This document shows positions 1 to 12,517 of a stretch of DNA of 64,000 nucleotides, one piece after another (within the stretch, counting starts at the first letter, position 1; the number at the start of each line of letters is the position of its first letter). The notes beneath the pieces were generated by a model, which was not told where the DNA came from, did not search any database, and saw only the letters and a program-made list of their open reading frames with translations. Source of the DNA: Eledone cirrhosa (Eukaryota); contig OZ024757.1 of assembly GCA_964016885.1 (NCBI GenBank), positions 43,028,001-43,092,000 on the forward strand. The letters are read 5' to 3'. The translations under genes were made by a program, and so were the position numbers.

Positions 1-3000
1 CCGTAGTGCGCATGCGCCAAAGCCACCGAACCGTACTGCGCATGTGCCAAGGCCACCGGAACGTAGTGCGCATGCGGCAAGGTCGCCGGACCGTAGTGCG
101 CATGCGCCAAGACCGCCGGACCGTAGTGCGCGTGCGCCAAGGCCGCCAGACCGTAGTGCGCATAAGCACTACTGTCCGACGGCCTTGGGGCATGCGCAGT
201 AAGATCCGGCGGCCTTGGAGCATGCGCACTACGGTCTGGCGGCTTTGGCACGTGCGCACTACGGTCCGACGGCCTTGGGGCATGCGCAGTACGATCCGGC
301 GGTCTTGGTGCATGCGCAGTACCGTCCGGTGGCCTTGGCGCATGCGCACTACGGTGCAGCTGCTTTGGCGCATGCGCAGTACGGTTCGGCGGCCTTAGCG
401 CATGCGCACTACAGTCCGGCGGGCTTGGCACATGCGCAGTATGGTCCGGCGACCTTGACGCAGGCGCACTACGGTTCGGCAGCTCTGGCGCATGCGCACT
501 GCGGTCCGGCGGCCTTGGCGCATGCGCAGTACGGTCCGGCGGCCTTAGCGCATGCGCAGTTCGGTACTGGGACCTTGACGCATGCGCAGTACAGTCAGGC
601 GGCCTTGGCGCATGCGCACTACGGTCCGGCGGCCTTGGCGCATGCGCAGTATGGTCCGACGGCCTTGGCGCATGTGCACTATGTATCGGCGGCCTTGGCG
701 CATGCGCACTACGGTTCGGCGGCTTTGGCGCATGCGCACTACGGTCCGGCGGCCTTGGCGCATGCGCACTACGGTCCGGCAGCCTTGGCGCATGCGCACT
801 ACGGTCATGTGGCCTTGGCGCATGCGCACTACGGTACTGCGGCCTTGTCGCATGCGCACTACGGTCCGGTGGCTTTGGCGCATGCGCACTACGGTCCGGC
901 GTCCTTGGCGCATGTGCAGTACGGTCCGGTGGCCTTGGCGCATGCGCACTACGGTCCAGCTGCTTTGGCGCATGCGCAGTACGGTTCAGCGGCCTTAGCG
1001 CATGCGCACTACGGTCCGGCGGGCTTGGCGCATGCGCAGTATGGTCCGGCGACCTTGACGCATGCGCACTACGGTTCGGCGGCTCTGGCGCATGCGCACT
1101 GCGGTCCGGCGGCCTTGGCGCGTGCGCACTACGCTCCGGTGGCCTTGGCGCATGCGCAGTACGCTCCAGTGGCCTTGGCGCATGCGCAGTAAGGTCCGGC
1201 GGCTTTGGCGCATGCGCACTATGGTCTGTCAGTCTTGGCGCATGCGCACTACGGTCCGGCTGCCTTCGTGGATGCGCACTACGTTCCGGCGGCCTTGCCG
1301 CATGCGCACTACGGTCCGGTGGCTTTGGCGCATGCGCACTACGGTCTGGCAGACTTGGCGCATGCGCACTACGGTCCGGCGGTCTTGGCGCATGCGCACT
1401 ACGGTCCGGCGACCTTGCCGCATGCGCACTACGTTCCGGTGGCCTTGGCACATGCGCAGTACGGTCCGGTGGCTTTAGCGCATGCGCACTACGGTCTGGC
1501 AGACTTGGCGCATGCGCACTACGGTCCGATGGCCTTGGCGCGTGCGCACTACGGTCCGGTGGCCTTGGCACATGCGCAGTACGGTCCGGTGGCTTTGGCG
1601 CATGCGCACTACGGTCTGGCAGACTTGGCGCATGCGCACTACGGTCCGATGGCCTTGGCGCATGCGCACTACGTCCTGCTGGCCTTGGCGCCTGCACAAT
1701 ACAGTCCAGTGGCCTTGGCGCATGCGCAGTAAGGCCCGGCGGCCTTAGCGCATGCGCAGTAAGGTCCGGCGGCCATGGCGCATGCGCACTAAGGGCCAGC
1801 GGTCTTTGCGCATGCGCACAATGGTACGGCAACCTTGGCGCATGCGCACTACGTTCCGGTGGCCTTGACGCATGCGCAGTACTGTCCAGTGGCCTTGGCG
1901 CATGCGCAGTAAGGTACGGCGGCCTTAGCGCATGCGCAGTACGTTCCGGCGGCCTTGGCGCATGCGCACTAAGGGCCATCGTTCTTTACGCACCGTACTG
2001 CGCATGCGCCAAGGCCGCCGGACCGTAGTGCGCATGCGCCAAGGCCGCCTGACTGTACTGCGCATGCATCAAAGTCCCAGTACCGTACTGCGCATGCACC
2101 AAGACCGCCGGACCGTAGTGCGCATGCGCCAGAGCCGCCGAACCGTAGTGCGCATGCGCCAAGGCCGCCGGACCATACTGCGCATGCGCCAAGGCTGCCG
2201 GACCGTAGTGGGCATGCGCCAAAGACGCGGGCCCGTAGTGCGCATGCGCCAAGGCCACCTGACTGTACTGCGCATGCGTCAAGGTCGCAGTACTTAACTG
2301 CGCATGCGCTAAGGCCGCCGGATCGTAATGCGCATGCGCCAAGGCCGCCTGACTGTACTGCGCATGCGTCAAGGTCGCAGTACCGAACTGCGCATGCGTT
2401 AAGGCCGCCGGACCGTACTGCGCATGCGCCAAGGCCGCCGGACCGTAGTGCGCATGCGCCAAGGCCGCCTGACTGTACTGCGCATGCGTCAAGGTCCCAG
2501 TACCGAACTGCGCATGCGCTAAGGCCGCCGGACCGTACTGCGCATGCGCCAAGGCCGCCGGACCGCAGTGCGCATGCGCCAGAGCCGCCGAACCGTAGTG
2601 CGCATGCGTCAAGGTCGCCGGACCATACTGCGCATGCGCCAAGCCCGCCGGACCGTAGTGCGCATGGGCCAAAGCCGCCTGACCGTACTGCGCATGCGCC
2701 AAGTCCGCAGTACCGTACTGCGCATGCGACAAGGCCGCAGTACCGTAGTGCGCATGCGCCAAGGCCATATGACCGTAGTGCGCATGCGCCAAGGCCGCCG
2801 GATCGTAGTGCGCATGCGCCAAAGCCGCCGAACCGTAGTGCGCATGCGCCAAGGCCGCCGATACATAGTGCACATGCGCCAAGGCCGTCGGACCATACTG
2901 CGCATGCGCCAAGGCCGCCGGACCGTAGTGCGCATGTGCCAAGGCCGCCTGACTGTACTGCGCATGCGTCAAGGTCGCAGTACCGAACTGCGCATGCGCT

Positions 3001-5400
3001 AAGGCCGCCGGACCGTACTGCGCATGCGCCAAGGCCGCCGGACCGCAGTGCGCATGCGCCAGAGCCGCCGAACCGTAGTGCGCCTGCGTCAAGGTCGCCG
3101 GACCATACTGCGCATGTGCCAAGCCCGCCGGACCGTAGTGCGCATGCGCTAAGGCCGCCGAACCGTACTGCGCATGCGCCAAAGCAGCTGCACCGTAGTG
3201 CGCATGCGCCAAGGCCACCGGACGGTACTGCGCATGCACCAAGACCGCCGGATCGTACTGCGCATGCCCCAAGGCCGTCGGACCGTAGTGCGCATGTGCC
3301 AAAGCCGCCAGACCGTAGTGCGCATGCTCCAAGGCCGCCGGATCTTACTGCGCATGCCCCAAGGCCGTCGGATGGTAGTGCGCTTGTGCCAAGGCCGCCA
3401 GACCGTAGTGCGCATGCGCCAAGGCCGCCGAACCGTACTGCGCATGCGCCAAGGCCGCCGGATCTTTGTGCGCATGCGGTTCGGTGGCCTTGGCGCATGC
3501 GCACTACTGTCCGGCGACCTTCCCGCATGCGCACTACGTTCCGGCGGCCTTGGCGCATGCGCACTACGTTCCGGTGGCCTTGGCGCATGCGCAGTACTGT
3601 CCAGTGGCCTTGGCGCATGCGCAGTAAGGTCCGGCAGCCTTAGCGCATGCGCACTACGGTCCAGTGGCCTTATCGCATGCGCAGTAAGGTCCGGCGGCCA
3701 TGGCGCATGCGCACTAAGGGCCAGCGGTCTTTGCGCATGCGCACAACGGTCCGGCGGCCTTGGCGCCTGCGCACTACGGTCCGGCGGCTTTGGTGCATGC
3801 GCACTACGTTCCGGTGGCCTTGGCGCATGCGCAGTACTGTCCAGTGGCCTTGGCGCATGCGCAGTAAGGTCCGGCAGCCTTAGCGCATGCGCAGTACGTT
3901 CCGGCGGCCTTGGCGCATGCGCACTAAGGGCCATCGTTCTTTGCGCATGCGCACAACGGTCCGGCGGCCTTGGTGCATGCGCACTACGGTCCGGCGGCCT
4001 TGGCGCATGCGCACTACGGTCCGGCGGCTTTGGTGCATGCGCACTACGGTCTAGCAGCATTGGGGCATGCGCACTACAGCCCGGCGGCCTTGGCGCATGC
4101 GCAGTACGGCCCGGCGACCTTGGCGCATGCGCACTACGGTCTGGCGGCCTTGGCGCACGCGCACTACGGTCCGGCGGTCTTGGCGCATGCGCACTACGGT
4201 CCGGCGACCTTGCCGCATGCGCACTACGTTCCGGTGGCCTTGGCACATGCGCAGTACGGTCCGGTGGCTTTGGCGCATGCGCACTACGGTCTGGCAGACT
4301 TGGCGCATGCGCACTACGGTCCAATGGCCTTGGCGCATGCGCACTACGGTCCGGCGGCCTTGGCGCATGCGCACTACGTTCCGGTGGCCTTTGCGCATGC
4401 GCAGTACGGTCCAGTGGCCTTGGCGCATGCGCAGTAAGGTCCGGCGGCTTTGGCGCATGCGCACTATGGTCTGTCAGTCTTGGCGCATGCGCACTACGGT
4501 CCGGCGGCCTTGGCGCAGGCGCACTACGTTCCGGCGGCCTTGGCGCATGCGCACTACGTTCCGGTGGCCTTTGCGCATGCGCAGTACGGTCCAGCGGCCT
4601 TGGCGCATGCGCACAACGGTACGGCGGCCTTGGCGCATGCGCACTACGTTCCGGTGGCCTTGACGCATGCGCAGTACTGTCCAGTGGCCTTGGGGCATGC
4701 GCACTACAGTCCAGTGGCCTTGGCGCATGCGCAGTAAGGTCCGGCGGCCATGGCGCATGCGCACTAAGGGCCAGCGGTCTTTGCGCATGCGCACAACGGT
4801 CCGGCGGCCTTGGCGCATGCGCACGACGTTCTGGTGGCCTTGACGCATGCGCAGTACTGTCCAGTGGCCTTGGCGCATGCGCAGTAAGGTCCGGCGGCCT
4901 TAGCGCATGCGCAGTACGTTCCGGCGGCCTTGGCGCATGCGCACTAAGGGCCATCGTTCTTTGCGCATGCGCACAACGGTCCGGCGGCCTTGGTGCATGC
5001 GCACTACGGTCCGGCAGCCTTGGCGCATGCGCACTACGGTCCGGTGGATTTGGTGCATGCGCACTACGGTCTAGCAGCATTGGGGCATGCGCACTACAGC
5101 CCAGCTGCCTTGGCGCATGCGCAGTACGGCCCGGCGACCTTGGCGCATGCGCACTACGGTCTGGCGGCCTTGGCGCACGCGCACTACGGTCCGGCGGTCT
5201 TGGCGCATGCGCACTACGGTCCGGCGACCTTGCCGCATGCGCACTACGTTCCGGTGGCCTTGGCACATGCGCAGTACGGTCCGGTGGCTTTGGCGCATGC
5301 GCACTACGGTCTGGCAGACTTGGCGCATGCGCACTACGGTCCGATGGCCTTGGCGCATGCGCACTACGTCCTGGTGGCCTTGGCGCATGCGCAGTACAGT

Positions 5401-5633
5401 CCATATTTAGCCATTTTGAGTTATTTTAGTAATTTATGATGCAGTTTAACCATTTTAGAGCCATTTATAGTCATTTTAGACGTTTCAGTCGTGTTAGAGT
5501 CATTCTAGTCAATTATGATACGGTTTTAGCATTTTATTGTCACTTTAGTCATTTATTATGCCGTCTTAGCCATTTTGTTGTAATTTCAGACATACATGAT
5601 GACATTTCGGCCATGTTAGTCCTTTTTGATGAC
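5401..5633 (+). repeat. AT-rich spacer, 233-bp (medium) form, at a forward-to-reverse switch
   Basis: ccatatttagccattttgag...cctttttgatgac; built of degenerate TAGYCATTTT ~10-mers; near-identical copies elsewhere. Confidence 0.95.
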
Positions 5634-7448
5634 GTGCCCATGCGCCAAGACCGCCAGACCTTACTGCGCACGCGCCGAGACGGCGTGATCGTAGTGCGCA
5701 TGCGCCAAAGCCGCCTAACCGTAGTGCGCATGCGCCAAGGCCGCCGATACATAGTGCACATGCGCCAAGGCCGTCGGACTATACTGCGCATGTGCCAAGG
5801 GCGCCGGACCGTTGTGCGCATGCGCCAAGGCCGCTGGACCGTACTGCGCATGCGCAAAGGCCACCGGAACGTAGTGCGCATGCGCCAAGGCCGCCGGACC
5901 GTAGTGCGCATGCGCCAAGACTGACAGACCATAGTGCGCATGCGCCAAAGCCGCCGGACCTTACTGCGCATGCGCCAAGGCCACTGGAGCGTACTGCGCA
6001 TGCGCCAAGGCCACCGGAACGTAGTGCGCATGCGCCAAGGCCGCCGGACCGTAGTGCGCATGCGCCAAGGCTGCCAGACCGTAGTGCGCATGCGCCAAAG
6101 CCGCCGGAACGTAGTGCGCATGCGGGAAGGTCGCCGGACCGTAGTGCGCATGCGCCAAGGCCGCCGAACCGCATGCGCACAAAGGTCCGGCGGCCTTGGC
6201 GCATGCGCAGTACGGTTCGGCGGCCTTGGCGCATGCGCACTACGGTCTGGCGGCCTTGGCACATGCGCACTACGGTCCGACGGCCTTGGGGCATGCGCAG
6301 TAAGATCCGGCGGTCTTGGAGCATGCGCACTACGGTCTGGCGGCCTTGGCGCATGCGCACTACGGTCTGGCAGCCTTGGCGCATGCGCACTACGGTCCGG
6401 CGCCCTTGGCGCATGCGCACTACTTTCCGGTGGCCTTGGCGCATGCGCAGTACGCTCCAGTGGCCTTGGCGCATGCGCAGTAAGGTCCGGCGGCTTTGGC
6501 GCATGCGCACTATGGTCTGTCAGTCTTGGCGCATGCGCACTACGGTCCGGCGGCCTTGGCGCATGCGCACTACGTTCCGGCGGCCTTGGCGCATGCGCAC
6601 TACGTTCCGGTGGCCTTTGCGCATGCGCAGTACGGTCCAGCGGCCTTGGCGCATGCGCACAACGGTACGGCGGCCTTGGCGCATGCGCACTACGGCCCGG
6701 TGGCCTTGACGCATGCGCAGTACTGTCCAGTGGCCTTGGGGCATGCGCACTACAGTCCAGTGGCCTTGGCGCATGCGCAGTAAGGTCCGGCGGCCATGGC
6801 GCATGCGCACTAAGGGCCAGCGGTCTTTGCGCATGCGCACAACGGTACGGCGGCCTTGGCGCATGCGCACTACGTTCTGGTGGCCTTGACGCATGCGCAG
6901 TACTGTCCAGTGGCCTTGGCGCATGCGCAGTAAGGTCCGGCGGCCTTAGCGCATGCGCAGTACGTTCCGGCGGCCTTGGCGCATGCTCACTAAGATGGCC
7001 ATCGTTCTTTGCGCATGCGCACAACGGTCCGGCGGCCTTGGTGCATGCGCACTACGGTCCGGCAGCCTTGGCGCATGCGCACTACGGTCCGGTGGCTTTG
7101 GTGCATGCGCACTACGGTCTAGCAGCATTGGGGCATGCGCACTACAGCCCGGCGGCCTTGGCGCATGCGCAGTACGGCCCGGCGACCTTGGCTCATGCGC
7201 ACTACGGTCTGGCGGCCTTGGCGCACGCGCACTACGGTCCGGCGGTCTTGGCGCATGCGCACTACGGTCCGGCGACCTTGCCGCATGCGCACTACGTTCC
7301 GGTGGCCTTGGCACATGCGCAGTACGGTTCGGTGGCTTTGGCGCATGCGCACTACGGTCTGGCAGACTTGGCGCATGCGCACTACGGTCCGATGGCCTTG
7401 GCGCATGCGCACTACGTCCTGGTGGACTTGGCGCATGCGCAGTACAGT

Positions 7449-7504
7449 CCATATTTAGCCATTTTGAGTTATTTTAGTAATTTATGATGCAGTTTAACCA
7501 TTTT
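7449..7504 (+). repeat. AT-rich spacer, 56-bp (short) form
   Basis: First 56 bp of the medium spacer, joined directly to caaggccgcc of the reverse array. Confidence 0.95.
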
Positions 7505-8867
7505 CAAGGCCGCCGGACCGTACTGCGCATGCGCCAAGGCCACCTGACTGTACTGCGCATGCGTCAAGGTCGCAGTACCGAACTGCGCATGCGCTAAGGC
7601 CGCCGGACCGTACTGCGCATGCGCCAAGGCCGCCTGACTGTACTGCGCATGCGTCAAGGTCGCAGTACCGAACTACGCATGCGTTAAGGCCGCCGGACCG
7701 TACTGCGCATGTGCCAAGGCCGCCGGACCGTAGTGCGCATGCGCCAAAGCCGCCGAACCGTACTGCGCATGCGCCAAGGCCGCCGGACCGTAGTGCGCAT
7801 GCGCCAAGACCGACTGACTGTACTGCGCATGCGTCAAGGTCCCAGTACCGAACTGCGCATGCGCTAAGGCCGCCGGACCGTACTGCGCATGCGCCAAGGC
7901 CGCCGGACCGCAGTGCGCATGCGCCAGAGCCGCCGAACCGTAGTGCGCCTGCGTCAAGGTCGCCGGACCATACTGCGCATGCGCCAAGCCCTCCGGAACG
8001 TAGTGCGCATGCGGGAAGGTCGCCGGACCGTAGTGCGCATGCGCCAAGGCCGCCGAACCGCATGCGCACAAAGGTCCGGCAGCCTTGGCGCATGCGCAGT
8101 ACGGTTCGGCGGCCTTGGCGCATGCGCACTACGGTCTGGCGGCCTTGGCACATGCGCACTACGGTCCGACGGCCTTGGGGCATGCGCAGTAAGATCCGGC
8201 GGTCTTGGAGCATGCGCACTACTGTCCGACGGCCTTGGGGCATGCGCAGTACGATCCGGCGGTCTTGGATCATGCGCAGTACCGTCCCGTGGCCTTGGCG
8301 CATGCGCACTACGGTCCAGCTGCTTTGGCGCATGCGCAGTACGGTTCGGCGGCCTTAGCGCATGCGCACTACGGTCCGGAGGGCTTGGCGCATGCGCAGT
8401 ATGGTCCGGCGACCTTGACGCAGGCGCACTACGGTTCGGCGGCTCTGGCGCATGCGCACTGCGGTCCGGCGGCCTTGGCGCATGTGCAGTACGGTCCGGC
8501 GGCCTTAGCGCATGCGCAGTTCGGTACTGGGACCTTGACGCATGCGCAGTACAGTCAGTCGGTCTTGGCGCATGCGCACTATGGTCCGGCGGCCTTGGCG
8601 CATGCGCAGTACGGTTCGGCGGCTTTGGCGCATGCGCACTACGGTCCGGCGGCCTTGGCACATGCGCAGTACGGTCCGGCGGCCTTAACGCATGCGTAGT
8701 TCGGTACTGCGACCTTGACGCATGCGCAGTACAGTCAGGCGGCCTTGGCGCATGCGCAGTACGGTCCGGCGGCCTTAGCGCATGCGCAGTTCGGTACTGC
8801 GACCTTGACGCATGCGCAGTACAGTCAGGTGGCCTTGGCGCATGCGCAGTACGGTCCGGCGGCCTTG

Positions 8868-8923
8868 AAAATGGTTAAACTGCATCATAAATTACTAAAA
8901 TAACTCAAAATGGCTAAATATGG
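8868..8923 (-). repeat. AT-rich spacer, 56-bp form, inverted
   Basis: Reverse complement of 7449-7504. Confidence 0.95.
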
Positions 8924-11900
8924 ACTGTACTGCGCATGCGCCAAGTCCACCAGGACGTAGTGCGCATGCGCCAAGGCCATCGGACCGTAGTGCGCATGCG
9001 CCAAGTCTGCCAGACCGTAGTGCGCATGCGCCAAAGCCACCGGACCGTACTGCGCATGTGCCAAGGCCACCGGAACGTAGTGCGCATGCGGCAAGGTCGC
9101 CGGACCGTAGTGCGCATGCGCCAAGACCGCCGGACCGTAGTGCGCGTGCGCCAAGGCCGCCAGACCGTAGTGCGCATGCGCCAAGGTCGCCGGGCCGTAC
9201 TGCGCATGCGCCAAGGCCGCCGGGCTGTAGTGCGCATGCCCCAATGCTGCTAGACCGTAGTGCGCATGCACCAAAGCCACCGGACCGTAGTGCGCATGCG
9301 CCAAGGCTGCCGGACCGTAGTGCGCATGCACCAAGGCCGCCGGACCGTTGTGCGCATGCGCAAAGAACGATGGCCATCTTAGTGAGCATGCGCCAAGGCC
9401 GCCGGAACGTACTGCGCATGCGCTAAGGCCGCCGGACCTTACTGCGCATGCGCCAAGGCCACTGGACAGTACTGCGCATGCGTCAAGGCCACCAGAACGT
9501 AGTGCGCATGCGCCAAGGCCGCCGTACCGTTGTGCGCATGCGCAAATACCGCTGGCCCTTAGTGCGCATGCGCCATGGCCGCCGGACCTTACTGCGCATG
9601 CGCCAAGGCCACTGGACTGTAGTGCGCATGCCCCAAGGCCACTGGACAGTACTGCGCATGCGTCAAGGCCACCGGGCCGTAGTGCCCATGCGCCAAGGCC
9701 GCCGTACCGTTGTGCGCATGCGCCAAGGCCGCTGGACCGTACTGCGCATGCGCAAAGGCCACCGGAACGTAGTGCGCATGCGCCAAGGCCGCCGGAACGT
9801 AGTGCGCATGCGCCAAGGCCGCCGGACCGTAGTGCGCATGCGCCAAGACTGACAGACCATAGTGCGCATGCGCCAAAGCCGCCAGACCTTACTGCGCATG
9901 CGCCAAGGCCACTGGAGCGTACTGCGCATGCGCCAAGGCCACCGGAAAGTAGTGCGCATGCGCCAAGGGCGCCGGACCGTAGTGCGCATGCGCCAAGGCT
10001 GCCAGACCGTAGTGCGCATGCGCCAAGGCCGCCAGACCGTAGTGCGCATGCTCCAAGACCGCCGGATCTTACTGCGCATGCCCCAAGGCCGTCGGACCGT
10101 AGTGCGCATGTGCCAAGGCCGCCAGACCGTAGTGCGCATGCGCCAAGGCCGCCGAACCGTACTGCGCATGCGCCAAGGCCGCCGGACCTTTGTGCGCATG
10201 CGGTTCGGCGGCCTTGGCGCATGCGCACTACGGTCCGGCGACCTTCCCGCATGCGCACTACGTTCCGGCGGCTTTGGCGCATGCGCACTACGGTCTGGCA
10301 GCCTTGGCGCATGCGCACTACGGTCCGGCGGCCTTGGCGCATGCGCACTACGTTCCGGTGGCCTTGGCGCATGCGCAGTACGCTCCAGTGACCTTACTGC
10401 GCATGCGCCAAGGCCACTGGACAGTACTGCGCATGCGTCAAGGCCACCGGAACGTAGTGCGCATGCGCCAAGGTTGCCGTACCATTGTGCGCATGCGCAA
10501 AGACCGCTGGCCCTTAGTGCGCATGCGCCATGGCCGCCGGACCTTACTGCGCATGCGCTAAGGCCGCCGGGCCTTACTGCGCATGCGCCAAGGCCACTGG
10601 ACTGTATTGTGCAGGCGCCAAGGCCAGCAGGACGTAGTGCGCATGCGCCAAGGCCATCGGACCGTAGTGCGCATGCGCCAAGTCTGCCAGACCGTAGTGC
10701 GCATGCGCCAAAGCCACCGGACCGTACTGCGCATGTGCCAAGGCCACCGGAACGTAGTGCGCATGCGGCAAGGTCGCCGGACCGTAGTGCGCATGCGCCA
10801 AGACCGCCGGACCGTGGTGCGCGTGCGCCAAGGCCGCCAGACCGTAGTGCGCATGCGCCAAGGTCGCCGGGCCGTACTGCGCATGCGCCAAGGCCGCCGG
10901 GCTGTAGTGCGCATGCCCCAATGCTGCTAGACCGTAGTGCGCATGCACCAAAGCCGCCGGACCGTAGTGCGCATGCGCCAAGGCTGCCGGACCGTAGTGC
11001 GCATGCACCAAGGCCGCCGGACCGTTGTGCGCATGCGCAAAGAACGATGGCCCTTAGTGCGCATGCGCCAAGGCCGCCGGAACGTACTGCGCATGCGCTA
11101 AGGCCGCCGGACCTTACTGCGCATGCGCCAAGGCCACTGGACAGTACTGCGCATGCGTCAAGGCCACCGGAACGTAGTGCGCATGCGCCAAGGCCGCCGT
11201 ACCGTTGTGCGCATGCGCAAAGACCGCTGGCCCTTAGTGCGCATGCGCCATGGCCGCCGGACCTTACTGCGCATGCGCTAAGGCCGCCGGACCTTACTGC
11301 GCATGCGCCAAGGCCACTGGACTGTAGTGCGCATGCCCCACGGCCACTGGACAGTACTGCGCATGCGTCAAGGCCACCGGAACGTAGTGCGCATGCGCCA
11401 AGGCCGCCGTACCTTTGTGCGCATGCGCCAAGGCCGCTGGACCGTACTGCGCATGCGCCAAGGCCGCCGGAACGTAGTGCGCATGCGCCAAGGCCGCCGG
11501 ACCGTAGTGCGCATGCGCCAAGGCTGCCAGACCGTAGTGCGCATGCGCCAAAGCCGCCGGACCGTACTGCGCATGTGCCAAGGCCACCGGAACGTAGTGC
11601 GCATGCGGGAAGGTCGCCGGACCGTAGTGCGCATGCGCCAAGGCCGCCGAACCGCATGCGCACAAAGGTCCGGCAGCCTTGGCGCATGCGCAGTACGGTT
11701 CGGCGGCCTTGGCACATGCGCACTACGGTCCGACGGCCTTGGGGCATGCGCAGTAAGATCCGGCGGTCTTGGAGCATGCGCACTACGGTCTGGCGGCCTT
11801 GGCACATGCGCACTACTGTCCGACGGCCTTGGGGCATGCGCAGTACGATCCGGCGGTCTTGGATCATGCGCAGTACCGTCCCGTGGCCTTGGCGCATGCG

Positions 11901-12461
11901 CACTACGGTCCAGCTGCTTTGGCGCATGCGCAGTACGGTTCGGCGGCCTTAGCGCATGCGCACTACGGTCCGGAGGGCTTGGCGCATGCGCAGTATGGTC
12001 CGGCGACCTTGACGCAGGCGCACTACGGTTCGGCGGCTCTGGCGCATGCGCACTGCGGTCCGGCGGCCTTGGCGCATGTGCAGTACGGTCCGGCGGCCTT
12101 AGCGCATGCGCAGTTCGGTACTGGGACCTTGACGCATGCGCAGTACAGTCAGTCGGTCTTGGCGCATGCGCACTATGGTCCGGCGGCCTTGGCGCATGCG
12201 CAGTACGGTTCGGCGGCTTTGGCGCATGCGCACTACGGTCCGGCGGCCTTGGCACATGCGCAGTACGGTCCGGCGGCCTTAACGCATGCGTAGTTCGGTA
12301 CTGCGACCTTGACGCATGCGCAGTACAGTCAGGCGGCCTTGGCGCATGCGCAGTACGGTCCGGCGGCCTTAGCGCATGCGCAGTTCGGTACTGCGACCTT
12401 GACGCATGCGCAGTACAGTCAGGTGGCCTTGGCGCATGCGCAGTACGGTCCGGCGGCCTTG

Positions 12462-12517
12462 AAAATGGTTAAACTGCATCATAAATTACTAAAATAACTC
12501 AAAATGGCTAAATATGG
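12462..12517 (-). repeat. AT-rich spacer, 56-bp form, inverted
   Basis: Same sequence as 8868-8923, offset 3,594. Confidence 0.95.

Larger units (their letters stand above)
1560..7996 (+). repeat. Dispersed direct copy of most of the HOR unit (matches ~42335-48771, offset 40,775)
   Basis: Same order of monomer variants, junctions and spacers; ORF offsets 1932/42707, 5436/46211 and 7469/48244 are all 40,775. Confidence 0.9.
5982..10390. repeat. ~4.4-kb near-perfect palindrome (arms ~5982-7997 and ~8375-10390, loop ~380 bp)
   Basis: Paired coordinates sum to 16,372 (spacers 7449/8923; junctions ~6170/10201; 32-bp monomers ~6995/9377). I counted about 7 mismatches by eye. Confidence 0.9.

Noticed and set aside
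215-1192. His/Ala/Tyr-rich repeat resembling insect cuticular or histidine-rich proteins
   Set aside because: It is a translation of the satellite. There is no signal peptide or chitin-binding (R&R) domain, and the frame is broken by the common CAGTAA variant.
5401-5633. Telomeric repeat or promoter within the AT spacer
   Set aside because: TTAG-containing units are not followed by G-runs and are too degenerate for a telomere repeat. Promoter-like AT motifs are expected by chance and there is no downstream gene.
5436-5924. ORF with a non-repetitive-looking N-terminus (MMQFNHFRAIYSHF...)
   Set aside because: It is read-through of the degenerate 10-bp AT repeat into the satellite. C-termini differ among copies and most spacer copies are truncated.
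5982-10390. Palindromes as pure sequencing or MDA chimera artefacts
   Set aside because: Arm differences are shared with independent copies elsewhere, and identical junctions recur many times. Exact copy number and the one-off junctions still need read validation.
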